Origin: Candidatus Limnocylindria bacterium
Lineage (GTDB): Bacteria; Chloroflexota; Limnocylindria; QHBO01
NCBI GenBank assembly: GCA_050695855.1
Contig: JBOGTA010000074.1
Span: 1 to 36,357, forward strand
Reading direction: 5' to 3'
Length of the DNA stretch: 36,357 nt
Of this stretch, positions 18,722 to 30,589 are shown piece after piece (the stretch's first letter is position 1; every line of letters begins with the position of its first letter). The position numbers were made by a program, and so were the translations under genes. The notes under the pieces were generated by a model, which worked only from the letters and a program-made list of their open reading frames with translations, was not told where the DNA came from and made no database searches.

Positions 18722-19960
18722 ATGCTGGAGGGCGAGTCCGGGGAAGGGGTCGCCCTCGCGATGCGGCTGGTGGTGCGTGCCGCCGAGGTGCTGGACGCGA
18801 ACCGCCTGATCCCCATCACCGCGGCGCACGTCGACTCGTGCCTGTACCACGGCCAAGCGACGCTCGACTTCGTGGATCGGCTGGTCGACGGCGGAGCCCA
18901 GGTCTCGGTCCCGACGACCCTCAACGTGGGCGCCGTCGACCTGCTGCATCCGGAGCTGTGGCGGGGCGACCCGGAGCTGGCCGACCGCGGTCGACGGCTC
19001 ATGGAACGCTACCGCGCGCTCGGATGCCGCCCGACGTACACCTGCGCTCCGTACCAACTGCCCGGGTCGCGGCCCGGCCTGGGCGACCAGGTAGCCTGGG
19101 GCGAGTCCAACGCCATCGTTTTCGCCAACTCGGTCCTCGGCGCCCGAACCAACCGCTACGGGGACTTCCTGGACATCGCTGCCGCGATCGTGGGCCGGGT
19201 TCCCGACGCAGGCCTGCACCGGACCGATGAGCGGCGGGCGCGGGTCGTCATCCGCCTCGGGAGCGACGTGCCGGCGGCGCTCCTGGATGACGACGGCCTG
19301 TACCCGGTCCTGGGGATCGTGGTGGGCCGCATCGCGGGCGGGCAGGTCGCCGCCCTGGATGGTCTGCCACCCGGCTTATCGGAGGACCGTCTGAAGGCGC
19401 TGGGCGCGGCCGCGGCTTCGTCGGGCGCGGTGGCGCTGCTGCACGTCATCGGCTCCACCCCCGAGGCGCGGACGCTGGCTGCCGCCCTGGGTGACGGCGA
19501 ACCGGACGGGGAGCACACGATCGACCTCCCGACGCTGCGCGCCGCCCGCGCCGAGCTGGGCGGCGACGGGACGGGGCGGATTGTGGCCGTCAGCCTGGGC
19601 ACCCCGCATGCGTCGAGCGCGGAGCTGGCTCACATCGCCGAGCTCCTGGCCGGACGGCAAACCGCGGACGGCGTCGAGCTGCTCATCTCGACCGCGCGGG
19701 GCACCCTGGCCGAGGCCGAAACTTCGGTCGTGGCCCAGCAACTGCGCGCCGGGGGGGCGGAGCTGCTGGTGGACACCTGCTCCTACATCACCCCCGTCCT
19801 GCGGGCGCCGCACGGCCCGGTCATGACCAACTCGGGCAAATGGGCCTACTACGCACCGGGCAACATCGGCGCCCAGGTCGTCCTCGGCAGCCTGGCCGAG
19901 TGCGTCGAGTCCGCGGTTGCGGGGCACGTGGTGCGCGAACCGACCTGGGGGACGGCATGA
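18722..19960 (+). CDS. aconitase X (AcnX) catalytic/large subunit, DUF521
   Basis: MLEGESGEGVALAMRLVV..LIPITAAHVDSC, TLNVG, TYTCAPY, AWGESNAIVFANSVLGARTNRYGDFLD and VDTCSY fit the DUF521 aconitase-X catalytic domain. The true start may be the CTG at 18689 (see findings). Confidence 0.8.
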   Translation: MLEGESGEGVALAMRLVVRAAEVLDANRLIPITAAHVDSCLYHGQATLDFVDRLVDGGAQVSVPTTLNVGAVDLLHPELWRGDPELADRGRRLMERYRALGCRPTYTCAPYQLPGSRPGLGDQVAWGESNAIVFANSVLGARTNRYGDFLDIAAAIVGRVPDAGLHRTDERRARVVIRLGSDVPAALLDDDGLYPVLGIVVGRIAGGQVAALDGLPPGLSEDRLKALGAAAASSGAVALLHVIGSTPEARTLAAALGDGEPDGEHTIDLPTLRAARAELGGDGTGRIVAVSLGTPHASSAELAHIAELLAGRQTADGVELLISTARGTLAEAETSVVAQQLRAGGAELLVDTCSYITPVLRAPHGPVMTNSGKWAYYAPGNIGAQVVLGSLAECVESAVAGHVVREPTWGTA

Positions 19961-20358
19961 GCGGTCGGCTGATCGCTCCCGGCCGGGCGCGGGCGCCGGC
20001 CCTGGTCCTGGATGAGCCGCTGTCCCTGTGGGGTGGCATGGACCCCGCCACGGGCCGCGTGATCGAGCGCCGCCACCCGCAGCACGGCGCTGTGGTGACC
20101 GGGCGCATCCTGGTGCTCCCCGCCGCCCGCGGCTCCTCGTCGTCTGCCAGCGTGCTGGCCGAGGCCGTGCGCGCCGGGACAGCGCCCGCCGCCATCGTGC
20201 TGGGCGAGACGGATCTCATCCTGGCTCTTGGCGCGGCCGTCGCCGAGGAGCTGTACGGGCTCCAGCTACCCATCGTGGTGCTCCCTCCCGCCGACCTGGC
20301 CGCGATCCGTGATGGCGCCATAGTCGACATCGGTCCTGAAAGCGCGCTCGCGGTCTAG
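19957..20358 (+). CDS. aconitase X swivel-domain small subunit, DUF126
   Basis: The ATG at 19957 overlaps the large-subunit stop (ATGA). The product is 133 aa. LSLWGGMDPATGRVI..HP..G..VTGRILVLPAARGSSSSASVLAE......PAAIV is the DUF126 pattern. Confidence 0.75.
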   Translation: MSGRLIAPGRARAPALVLDEPLSLWGGMDPATGRVIERRHPQHGAVVTGRILVLPAARGSSSSASVLAEAVRAGTAPAAIVLGETDLILALGAAVAEELYGLQLPIVVLPPADLAAIRDGAIVDIGPESALAV

Positions 20359-20411
20359 ACTCCGGAGGCCGGCGCACCCGAGCGACACACTGAAGTGGAG
20401 GAGATGGACCG

Positions 20412-21674
20412 ATGGATGCCTGGGCCTCGCTGCAGGCGGAGGACCCCGAGATCTGGCAGGTCGTCCAGGACGAGGAGGCCCGTGCCCGATCCAACCTGGA
20501 GCTGATCGCGTCCGAGAGCTACCCCAGCCGGGCGGTGCTGGAGGCCACGGGCTCGGTGCTCACCGCCAAGTACGCCGAGGGCTATCCAGGTCGCCGCTAC
20601 TACGGCGGATGCGATGTAGTCGACCAGGCCGAGAACCTGGCTCGCGACCGCGCGCGCGAGCTGTTCGGCGCCGAGCACGTCAACGTCCAGCCCCACGCCG
20701 GCGCCCAAGCCAACATGGCCGTCTTCCACGCGCTCCTGGAACGGGGCGACACGGTCCTGGGGTTGGCGCTCGACCAGGGGGGCCACCTGACCCACGGATC
20801 CCCGGTGAACTTCAGCGGCCAGTACTACCACTTCATCCCCTATCACGTGGACCGCGTCACCCACCTCATCGACCTCGACGAGGTCCGGGCGCTGGCTCGC
20901 GAGCACCACCCCAAGCTGATCGTCACCGGAGCCACGGCCTATCCGCGGCACTGGGACTTCGCCGCTTTCCGCCAGATCGCCGATGAGGTGGGGGCGATTC
21001 TGATGACCGACATGGCCCATTTCGCCGGCCTGGTGGCCGCCGGGGTCCACCCGAGCCCGGTGCCGCACGCCCAGGTGGTGACGACCACCACCCACAAGAC
21101 GCTGCGCGGGCCGCGGGGGGCCGTGATCCTGTGCAAGGATGATCTGGCCAAAGACATCGACCGCTCGGTGTTTCCGGCCCTCCAGGGTGGTCCGCTGATG
21201 CACGTCATCGCCGCCAAGGCGGTCGCCTTCCGCCAGGCGATGAGCGCGGAGTTTCGGGCCGATGCCGAGCGGACGGTGGAGAACGCGCGGGCCCTCGGCG
21301 CCGCGCTCGCGGAGCAAGGCGCATCGCTGGTCTCCGGCGGGACCGATACCCATCTCCTCCTGGTCGACGTGACCCCCTTCGGAGTGACCGGCAAGGAGGC
21401 CGATGTTGGGCTGGGCGAAGTCCACATCACGGTAAACCGCAACACGATCCCCTACGACCCCAACCCGCCGATGGTGGCCAGCGGGATCCGGGTCGGAACG
21501 CCATGCGTCACCGGGCGTGGGATGGGGCCTGGGGAGATGGCGGAGATTGGACGCCTGATCGTGGATGGCATCGCGGCACGTGGCGACGAGGCGGCTCAGG
21601 CTTCGGTCAGTGCCCAGGTGGTCGCCCTCGCCGAGCGATTTCCCGTCCCCGGACTGGCGGGGACCAGGGCCTGA
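20412..21674 (+). CDS. glyA: serine hydroxymethyltransferase
   Basis: [24 protein letters not shown] and the PLP-lysine motif [13 protein letters not shown] are present. Confidence 0.97.
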   Translation: MDAWASLQAEDPEIWQVVQDEEARARSNLELIASESYPSRAVLEATGSVLTAKYAEGYPGRRYYGGCDVVDQAENLARDRARELFGAEHVNVQPHAGAQANMAVFHALLERGDTVLGLALDQGGHLTHGSPVNFSGQYYHFIPYHVDRVTHLIDLDEVRALAREHHPKLIVTGATAYPRHWDFAAFRQIADEVGAILMTDMAHFAGLVAAGVHPSPVPHAQVVTTTTHKTLRGPRGAVILCKDDLAKDIDRSVFPALQGGPLMHVIAAKAVAFRQAMSAEFRADAERTVENARALGAALAEQGASLVSGGTDTHLLLVDVTPFGVTGKEADVGLGEVHITVNRNTIPYDPNPPMVASGIRVGTPCVTGRGMGPGEMAEIGRLIVDGIAARGDEAAQASVSAQVVALAERFPVPGLAGTRA

Positions 21675-21745
21675 GCAACGAGGGGCGATTCCGGGAGCCA
21701 AACGGTATACTCGCCGCGGCTTCCGATCGCCCGGAGTCGAGCTGA

Positions 21746-21955
21746 ATGCCCAATACGAGCCCCGGGCCGGCCAGGATCCTCGGTGAGGTCACCCTGATCA
21801 TGGTCGTCCCGATGCTCGGCGGCGTGGTCATCGGTCTTGTGGTTGATGCGCAGGCCGGGACCTCGCCGATTTTCGTGCTCGGCGGCCTGGTGGCCGGCAG
21901 CCTGGCGTCCGCCGCTGGTATCTGGCTCTACATCTCGAAGCGGCGGCGGCCGTGA
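21746..21955 (+). CDS. AtpZ/ATPase_gene1-like small membrane protein, copy 1
   Basis: 69 aa with two TM helices. ML.GG.VIGL.VDAQAGTSPIFVL.GLV.G resembles the AtpZ pattern (llG..lD...gT.P.f.l.g...G). GGAG lies 10 nt upstream. It is the first gene of the atp cluster. Confidence 0.55.
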   Translation: MPNTSPGPARILGEVTLIMVVPMLGGVVIGLVVDAQAGTSPIFVLGGLVAGSLASAAGIWLYISKRRRP

Positions 21956-22149
21956 ACAACAACTGGGGGATCGCTCTCGACCTGGGGATCCGGCTCGGGG
22001 CGTCGGTGATGATCGGGTTCTTCGGCGGACTGCTGCTCGATGGCCTGTTCGGAACCCGGCCCGTGCTGACCCTAGTGGGAACGGCCTTCGGGGTAGCCGC
22101 CGCGATGTGGACCATCTGGGACGTCGCGCGGCGGGCCATGCGGAAATAA
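21952..22149 (+). CDS. AtpZ/ATPase_gene1-like small membrane protein, copy 2
   Basis: 65 aa. IALDLGIRLGASVMIGFFGGLLLDGLFGTRPVLTLVGTAFGVAAAMWTIW matches the AtpZ pattern better than copy 1. The GTG start overlaps the copy-1 stop (GTGA). Confidence 0.6.
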   Translation: MNNNWGIALDLGIRLGASVMIGFFGGLLLDGLFGTRPVLTLVGTAFGVAAAMWTIWDVARRAMRK

Positions 22150-22158
22150 CACGAGGGT

Positions 22159-22977
22159 TTGAAGCTGATCCACGTCGACATCGCCGCGGAGGAACTGTTC
22201 CAGATCGGCCCACTGGCCGTCACAAACAGCATGGTCGGCGCTGTGCTGGCCAGCGTCCTCGTGTTCTCTGCCTCGCTCCTGGTTACCCGCCGCGGGTCGA
22301 TGGTGCCAGGGCGATTTCAAATGCTCATCGAGTTCCCGATTGAGTGGCTCAGCGGGATCCTCCAGGGCATTGGCGGAAGCCGCTGGCGTGAGTTCGCGGT
22401 CCTGGTGATCGCGATCTTTATCTTCCTCCTCGTCGCGAATTTCCTCGGTCTCCTTCCGGGAGTCGGCGTCGTGGGCCTCGTCGCGGAGGGCGAGCACGGG
22501 GAGCAGCTCCTTATCCCAATCGTGCGGGCCGCGGGCGCTGACCTGAACTTCACGCTGGGCCTTGCAATCGTCGCCTTTGTTGCATTTATCGGGTGGGGAA
22601 TCCGTGCCAATGGTGTCCGCGGCTACCTCAAGGAGCTGCTCATCGCCGAGCCGGCATACATGACACCACTCCTCACTCCGATCCATCTCATCAGCGAGCT
22701 GTCGCGGCTGATCAGCCTTTCCATGCGGCTGTTCGGAAACATCTTCGCCGGCGAGGTCCTCCTAACCGTCATGCTGGTCCTCGCGCCAATTGTCCCGTTT
22801 GCGTTCCTGGGTCTGGAGCTGATCTTCGGCTTCGTCCAGGCGCTCGTTTTCGCGCTACTGACCATGACCTACATCATCCTCGCCATTGCCGAATATCGGC
22901 AGCACGGGTCGGGGGACGAGCCTTCGGGTGAAAAGCCCGACCATCCAGAGGCCAGCCCGTACCCGGGGCCGGCCTGA
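22159..22977 (+). CDS. atpB: F0F1 ATP synthase subunit a
   Basis: It has the essential-Arg region LSLSMRLFGNIFAGEVLL and the C-terminal helices FVQALVFALLTMTYI. The start (TTG at 22159) is tentative. Confidence 0.9.
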   Translation: MKLIHVDIAAEELFQIGPLAVTNSMVGAVLASVLVFSASLLVTRRGSMVPGRFQMLIEFPIEWLSGILQGIGGSRWREFAVLVIAIFIFLLVANFLGLLPGVGVVGLVAEGEHGEQLLIPIVRAAGADLNFTLGLAIVAFVAFIGWGIRANGVRGYLKELLIAEPAYMTPLLTPIHLISELSRLISLSMRLFGNIFAGEVLLTVMLVLAPIVPFAFLGLELIFGFVQALVFALLTMTYIILAIAEYRQHGSGDEPSGEKPDHPEASPYPGPA

Positions 22978-23024
22978 CAGGCAGGCTCCGCCCTCTGCGG
23001 AGCGCCACAGGAGGAACTGACACC

Positions 23025-23249
23025 GTGGAATTCCAGCTTCTCGCCGCCGGCCTGGCCATCGGCTTGGGAACCATCGGCCCAGGCATCGGCATCGGCATCG
23101 GCTTCAGCAAAGCCATGGAGGCCATCGGCCGGAACCCAGACGCATCGGGCACGATCTTCGTCCCGTACATCCTGGGCCTGGCGCTCACCGAGGCCATGGC
23201 AATCTATGCCTTGGTCATCGGGTTGATTCTGCTCTTCGCCGTCCGCTGA
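23025..23249 (+). CDS. atpE: F0F1 ATP synthase subunit c
   Basis: 74 aa. It has the Gly-rich helix GPGIGIGIG, the loop GRNPD, and the carboxylate helix LALTEAMAIYALVI. GGAGGA lies upstream of the GTG start. There is no Na+-site Gln/Ser-Thr signature. Confidence 0.93.
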   Translation: MEFQLLAAGLAIGLGTIGPGIGIGIGFSKAMEAIGRNPDASGTIFVPYILGLALTEAMAIYALVIGLILLFAVR

Positions 23250-23261
23250 GGACTCGTCGCC

Positions 23262-23759
23262 GTGGCATTTTTCGAGGCATTCGGCGTTGACGTCTTCAAG
23301 CTCGGCTTTCAAATCGCCAACTTCCTGATCCTCCTGTTCCTCCTCAACCGGTTCGTATTCCCCCCAGTCCGGCGGCTCCTCGATGAGCGACAGAGGAAGA
23401 TCAGCCAGGGACTTGAGGACGCGGATGCGGCCGCCCGGGACCGGGAGCTGGCGCGTGCCGAGCGCGAAGCGGCCCTGGCCGAAGCGCGCCGCGAAGCCGA
23501 GGCCATGGTCCAGCGGGCGGCCAAGACGGCCGAAGCGACCAGCGCCGACATCCTTGCCGAGGCCAAGGCAGCGGCGGAGCAGATCACGACGCGCGCCCGC
23601 GAGGAGATCTCCGCCGAGAAGGAACGCGCCCTGGCCGAGATTCGAGGCGAGGTTGCCGACCTGGCGCTGGAGGCGGCCGGCAAGCTGGTCGGGTCCGAGA
23701 TGGACGCGCCGAAGCAGCGCAAGCTGGTCGAGCAGTTCCTGTCCGAGAACCGCAACTGA
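23262..23759 (+). CDS. atpF: F0F1 ATP synthase subunit b
   Basis: It has a single N-terminal TM helix followed by a long Ala/Glu/Arg-rich helix, and it sits between atpE and atpH. Confidence 0.85.
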   Translation: MAFFEAFGVDVFKLGFQIANFLILLFLLNRFVFPPVRRLLDERQRKISQGLEDADAAARDRELARAEREAALAEARREAEAMVQRAAKTAEATSADILAEAKAAAEQITTRAREEISAEKERALAEIRGEVADLALEAAGKLVGSEMDAPKQRKLVEQFLSENRN

Positions 23760-23761
23760 CC

Positions 23762-24298
23762 ATGGCCCGCCGCGACACCGCCGCCCGCCGCTACGCCGAG
23801 GCCGCCTTCCAGGTGGCTCTCGCCGAGGACGCGCTCGACCGGTGGGAGGCTGACCTGGGCGTGCTGACGGCCGCTCTGGAGGTTCCCGAGCTGCGCGCCG
23901 TGATGGAGCACCCCGCGATCCCGTTCGCGGACAAGGAACGGGTCCTGCGGCGGGCGGTCTCCGACGTGGGCGCCGAGCCCCTCAACCTGATCCTGCTGAT
24001 GATCCGCCGCGGCCGCCCGGGCGCGATTCCGGCCATGCGCCGACACTTCGAGGAGCTCGTCCGTCGAGAACGCGGAATCGCGAAGGCGGAGATCCGAACT
24101 GCCCTGCCCCTGGACGACCAGGACCGCGCCGAGCTGGAGCGCACCCTTGAGCGCCTGGCTGGGCGCGACGTGGAACTGACCGAGCTTGTGGACCCCAGCC
24201 TGATCGGCGGCATCTCGGTGCGGATCGGGGATCGACTGTATGACGCCAGCGTGCGGAGCCGGCTCGAGCGGCTGCGAGCGCGCCTGACCGCTGTCTGA
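23762..24298 (+). CDS. atpH: F0F1 ATP synthase subunit delta (OSCP)
   Basis: 178 aa. YAEAAFQVA... and the C-terminal [18 protein letters not shown] motif are typical of the delta subunit. Confidence 0.87.
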   Translation: MARRDTAARRYAEAAFQVALAEDALDRWEADLGVLTAALEVPELRAVMEHPAIPFADKERVLRRAVSDVGAEPLNLILLMIRRGRPGAIPAMRRHFEELVRRERGIAKAEIRTALPLDDQDRAELERTLERLAGRDVELTELVDPSLIGGISVRIGDRLYDASVRSRLERLRARLTAV

Positions 24299-24309
24299 GG
24301 AGCAACCGA

Positions 24310-28264
<3,955 letters not shown>

Positions 28265-28290
28265 GCCGATTGTAAGCCGATGGTGAGCCG

Positions 28291-28701
28291 ATGACCCTGC
28301 GTCTCGAGATCGTCTCGCCCGAGGGCCGGGTCTTCACCGACGACGTGGACATGGTGGTCGTGCCCGGTATCGAGGGGGAGTTGGGCATCCTGCCCCACCA
28401 CACCCCGCTGGTCACGGCACTCGGCACCGGGGAGCTGCGGATCCGCCAGGCGGGCACGGTCCAGTTCATGCTCATCAGCGGCGGGTTCGTGGAGGTCCGG
28501 CCCGACAAGGTGGTGGTCATGGCCTTCGTGGCGGAGCATTCCGACGCCATCGATGCCGCGGCCGCGGCCGAGGCTCGGCGTCGCGCCGAGTCGGAGCTCG
28601 AGGAGGTGCACGACCCGGTCGACCTGGCCCGGGTGCGCGCCGCCCTGCAGACGGCCCTCATGCGCGAGCGGATCGCCACCCGACGCAGCAACCGAAGCTG
28701 A
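28291..28701 (+). CDS. atpC: F0F1 ATP synthase subunit epsilon
   Basis: 136 aa. LEIVSPEG..F......VVVPG.EGELGILP.H.PL is the typical epsilon N-terminal beta-sandwich, followed by a helical C-terminus. Confidence 0.9.
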   Translation: MTLRLEIVSPEGRVFTDDVDMVVVPGIEGELGILPHHTPLVTALGTGELRIRQAGTVQFMLISGGFVEVRPDKVVVMAFVAEHSDAIDAAAAAEARRRAESELEEVHDPVDLARVRAALQTALMRERIATRRSNRS

Positions 28702-28715
28702 TCTACGCTGCGTGG

Positions 28716-28904
28716 GTGACCGCCGACAAGGCCAAGCCGTTCCGACGGATGCAGGAGTTCCGCAAGATCAGCCGCGAGTTCCCGTTCATCTGCCCGGTGG
28801 ACTTCAAGCCCCATCGCGGCTCGCCACCCGGATCGGACCCCAACCTGGACCCCGAGTTCGTCGCCCGCCATCGCGAGGACGACGGCGACCACTACCTCGG
28901 GTAG
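28716..28904 (+). CDS. hypothetical small protein (62 aa), no family recognised
   Basis: It is an ORF with a GTG start, and nearly every third codon position is G or C. That pattern is typical of the real genes here and is absent from the other frames. The sequence is charged with no TM helix: VTADKAKPFRRMQEFRKISREFPFICPVDFKPHRGSPPGSDPNLDPEFVARHREDDGDHYLG. No clear Shine-Dalgarno is visible. Confidence 0.4.
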   Translation: MTADKAKPFRRMQEFRKISREFPFICPVDFKPHRGSPPGSDPNLDPEFVARHREDDGDHYLG

Positions 28905-28918
28905 GGCAGCCTGATCGC

Positions 28919-29245
28919 GTGCTGAGCTGCGAGCGCTGCGGTGCCCGTTCCGGGGCACTGCCGGTCCGGATCGAGATCGTCCGCGAGAGCGGACCCATCG
29001 GCCTGGCCGGCGGCCCCGACCTGGTCGGGCGGCCGGACTTCACGCGGCGTTTCGTCTTCTGCTCCAGCGCTCACCTGTACGAGTGGCTGCGCGAGCATCG
29101 GTACATGCTCTGCAACCGCCAGCCGACCCAGGTGGAGGATGGATTGCAGCCCCTCCTGCCTTCGCGTCACATGGGCGGCCGGCTGGGGCTGTGCGACGGG
29201 CACCACCTGGGCGGCCACGAATGGAAGGAGGCGTGGCCCGCGTAG
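28919..29245 (+). CDS. hypothetical Cys/His-containing protein (108 aa), possible CxxC...FCSxxH zinc-binding fold
   Basis: I use the GTG at 28919 within track frame 28553..29245, because the upstream part of that frame overlaps atpC. GC3 bias is strong. The sequence contains C4-x2-C7 ... F-C48-S-S-A-H52 plus later Cys/His residues (LCNR, LCDGHHLGGH). Confidence 0.45.
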   Translation: MLSCERCGARSGALPVRIEIVRESGPIGLAGGPDLVGRPDFTRRFVFCSSAHLYEWLREHRYMLCNRQPTQVEDGLQPLLPSRHMGGRLGLCDGHHLGGHEWKEAWPA

Positions 29246-29254
29246 GGTCAGCCT

Positions 29255-30532
29255 GTGGACCGCTTCATCATCGAGGGCGGCAACCCCCTCCGCGGCGAGG
29301 TGCGGGTGGCGGGGGCCAAGAACGCCGTCCTGAAGATGATGGCGGCGGCCATCCTCACCGACCAGCCGGTCGTCCTCCGCAACGTGCCGCGCATCAGCGA
29401 CGTCGCGATCATGCGCGAGACGATGGCCGACATCGGCTTTGGCTGGACCGATGTCGACGACCACACCCTGGAGCTGTCAGCCCGAGGCCCCGAATGGCTG
29501 TTCGTCCCCCTCGAGGCGGCCATGAAGATGCGCTCGTCATTCATCCTGCTGGGGCCGCTCCTGGCTCGCCACGGACGGGTCATCATCAGCAACCCCGGCG
29601 GGGACCGCATCGGGCGGCGTCCGGTCGACCTCCACGTGGAGGCGATGCGCACGCTGGGCGCCTCGATCGAGTACCGCAACGGGTACTACTTCGCGCGGGC
29701 CGATCGCCTGCGGGCAGCCCGGATCGACTTCCCCTACGTCACGGTCATGGGCACCGAGAACGCGATGTTGGCCGCCTGCCTCGCAGATGGAACGACGGTC
29801 ATCCACAACGCAGCCCGGGAGCCGGAGGTGGATGACCTCATCGCCATGCTGGTGGCCATGGGAGCCCGGATCGAGCGCAGCGCGCCGCACGTGGTGGAGG
29901 TCGAGGGCGTGTCCGGGCTGGGCGGCGTCGAGCACGCGGTGATCGGGGACCGGATCGAGGCCGGCACGTTTGCCGTCGCGGCGGCCGCCACCGGCGGCGA
30001 GGTCCGTATCACCGGCTTCGAGGCCGCCCACCTGGGAGCCTTTGCAGACGTGCTGACCGGGATGGGCGTGGAGCACGAGACGCTCGATACCGATGGTCAG
30101 GCGGGGCTCCGGGTCCGCGGCGGCGCTCCGGGGACCTTCCGCCCGATGGCGATCGAGACCCAACCCTATCCCGGCCTGGCCACCGACCTGCAGGCACCGC
30201 TGGCGGTGCTCATGACCCAGGCGACGGGCGAGAGCTCGATACACGAGACCATCTACTCCGACCGCCTGGAGTACGCCACCGAGCTGGTGAAGATGGGGGC
30301 CGTGATCGAAGTCTCCGACGCCCGGCATGCCCGGGTCGCCGGCCCGACCCCACTTCACGGGCGAATGGTCCAGATCCCCGACCTCCGCGCCGGGGCGACC
30401 CTGGTGCTGGCCGCGCTGGCGGCCGAGGGGACCAGCACCATCACCGGGGTCGAGCACGTGGACCGCGGCTACGAGGCCTTCGAGTCCAAGCTGGTTGGCT
30501 TGGGCGCGCGGATCAGCCGGGTGGCCGACTGA
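29255..30532 (+). CDS. murA: UDP-N-acetylglucosamine 1-carboxyvinyltransferase
   Basis: IIEGGNPLRGEVRVAGAKNAVL and the active-site loop NPGGDRIGRRPVDLH are present, with Asp where E. coli has Cys115. The product is 425 aa. Confidence 0.95.
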   Translation: MDRFIIEGGNPLRGEVRVAGAKNAVLKMMAAAILTDQPVVLRNVPRISDVAIMRETMADIGFGWTDVDDHTLELSARGPEWLFVPLEAAMKMRSSFILLGPLLARHGRVIISNPGGDRIGRRPVDLHVEAMRTLGASIEYRNGYYFARADRLRAARIDFPYVTVMGTENAMLAACLADGTTVIHNAAREPEVDDLIAMLVAMGARIERSAPHVVEVEGVSGLGGVEHAVIGDRIEAGTFAVAAAATGGEVRITGFEAAHLGAFADVLTGMGVEHETLDTDGQAGLRVRGGAPGTFRPMAIETQPYPGLATDLQAPLAVLMTQATGESSIHETIYSDRLEYATELVKMGAVIEVSDARHARVAGPTPLHGRMVQIPDLRAGATLVLAALAAEGTSTITGVEHVDRGYEAFESKLVGLGARISRVAD

Positions 30533-30556
30533 CCGCCCACGGCCGGCCGATATACT
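30529..30556 (+). promoter_or_regulatory. candidate sigma-70-type promoter for mreB (cTGACc - 16 nt - TATACT)
   Basis: TATACT at 30551-30556 is a rare AT-rich hexamer in this GC-rich DNA. CTGACC at 30529-30534 overlaps the murA stop. The mreB ATG lies 34 nt downstream of the -10. Confidence 0.35.
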
Positions 30557-30589
30557 CGGCGCCCACCCCCCGCTCTGATCGGCCACCGC

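Noticed and set aside
20359-20411. Possible riboswitch (for example ZTP/pfl or another one-carbon sensing leader) upstream of glyA
   Set aside because: The spacer is only 53 nt. It lacks the conserved ZTP sub-domain sequences I can recall and is too short for a known riboswitch aptamer plus expression platform.
23082-23102. GGCATC microsatellite-like repeat (ggcatcggcatcggcatcggc)
   Set aside because: It lies inside atpE and simply encodes the conserved GxGxGxG (GIGIGIG) helix-packing motif of subunit c. It is not an independent repeat element.
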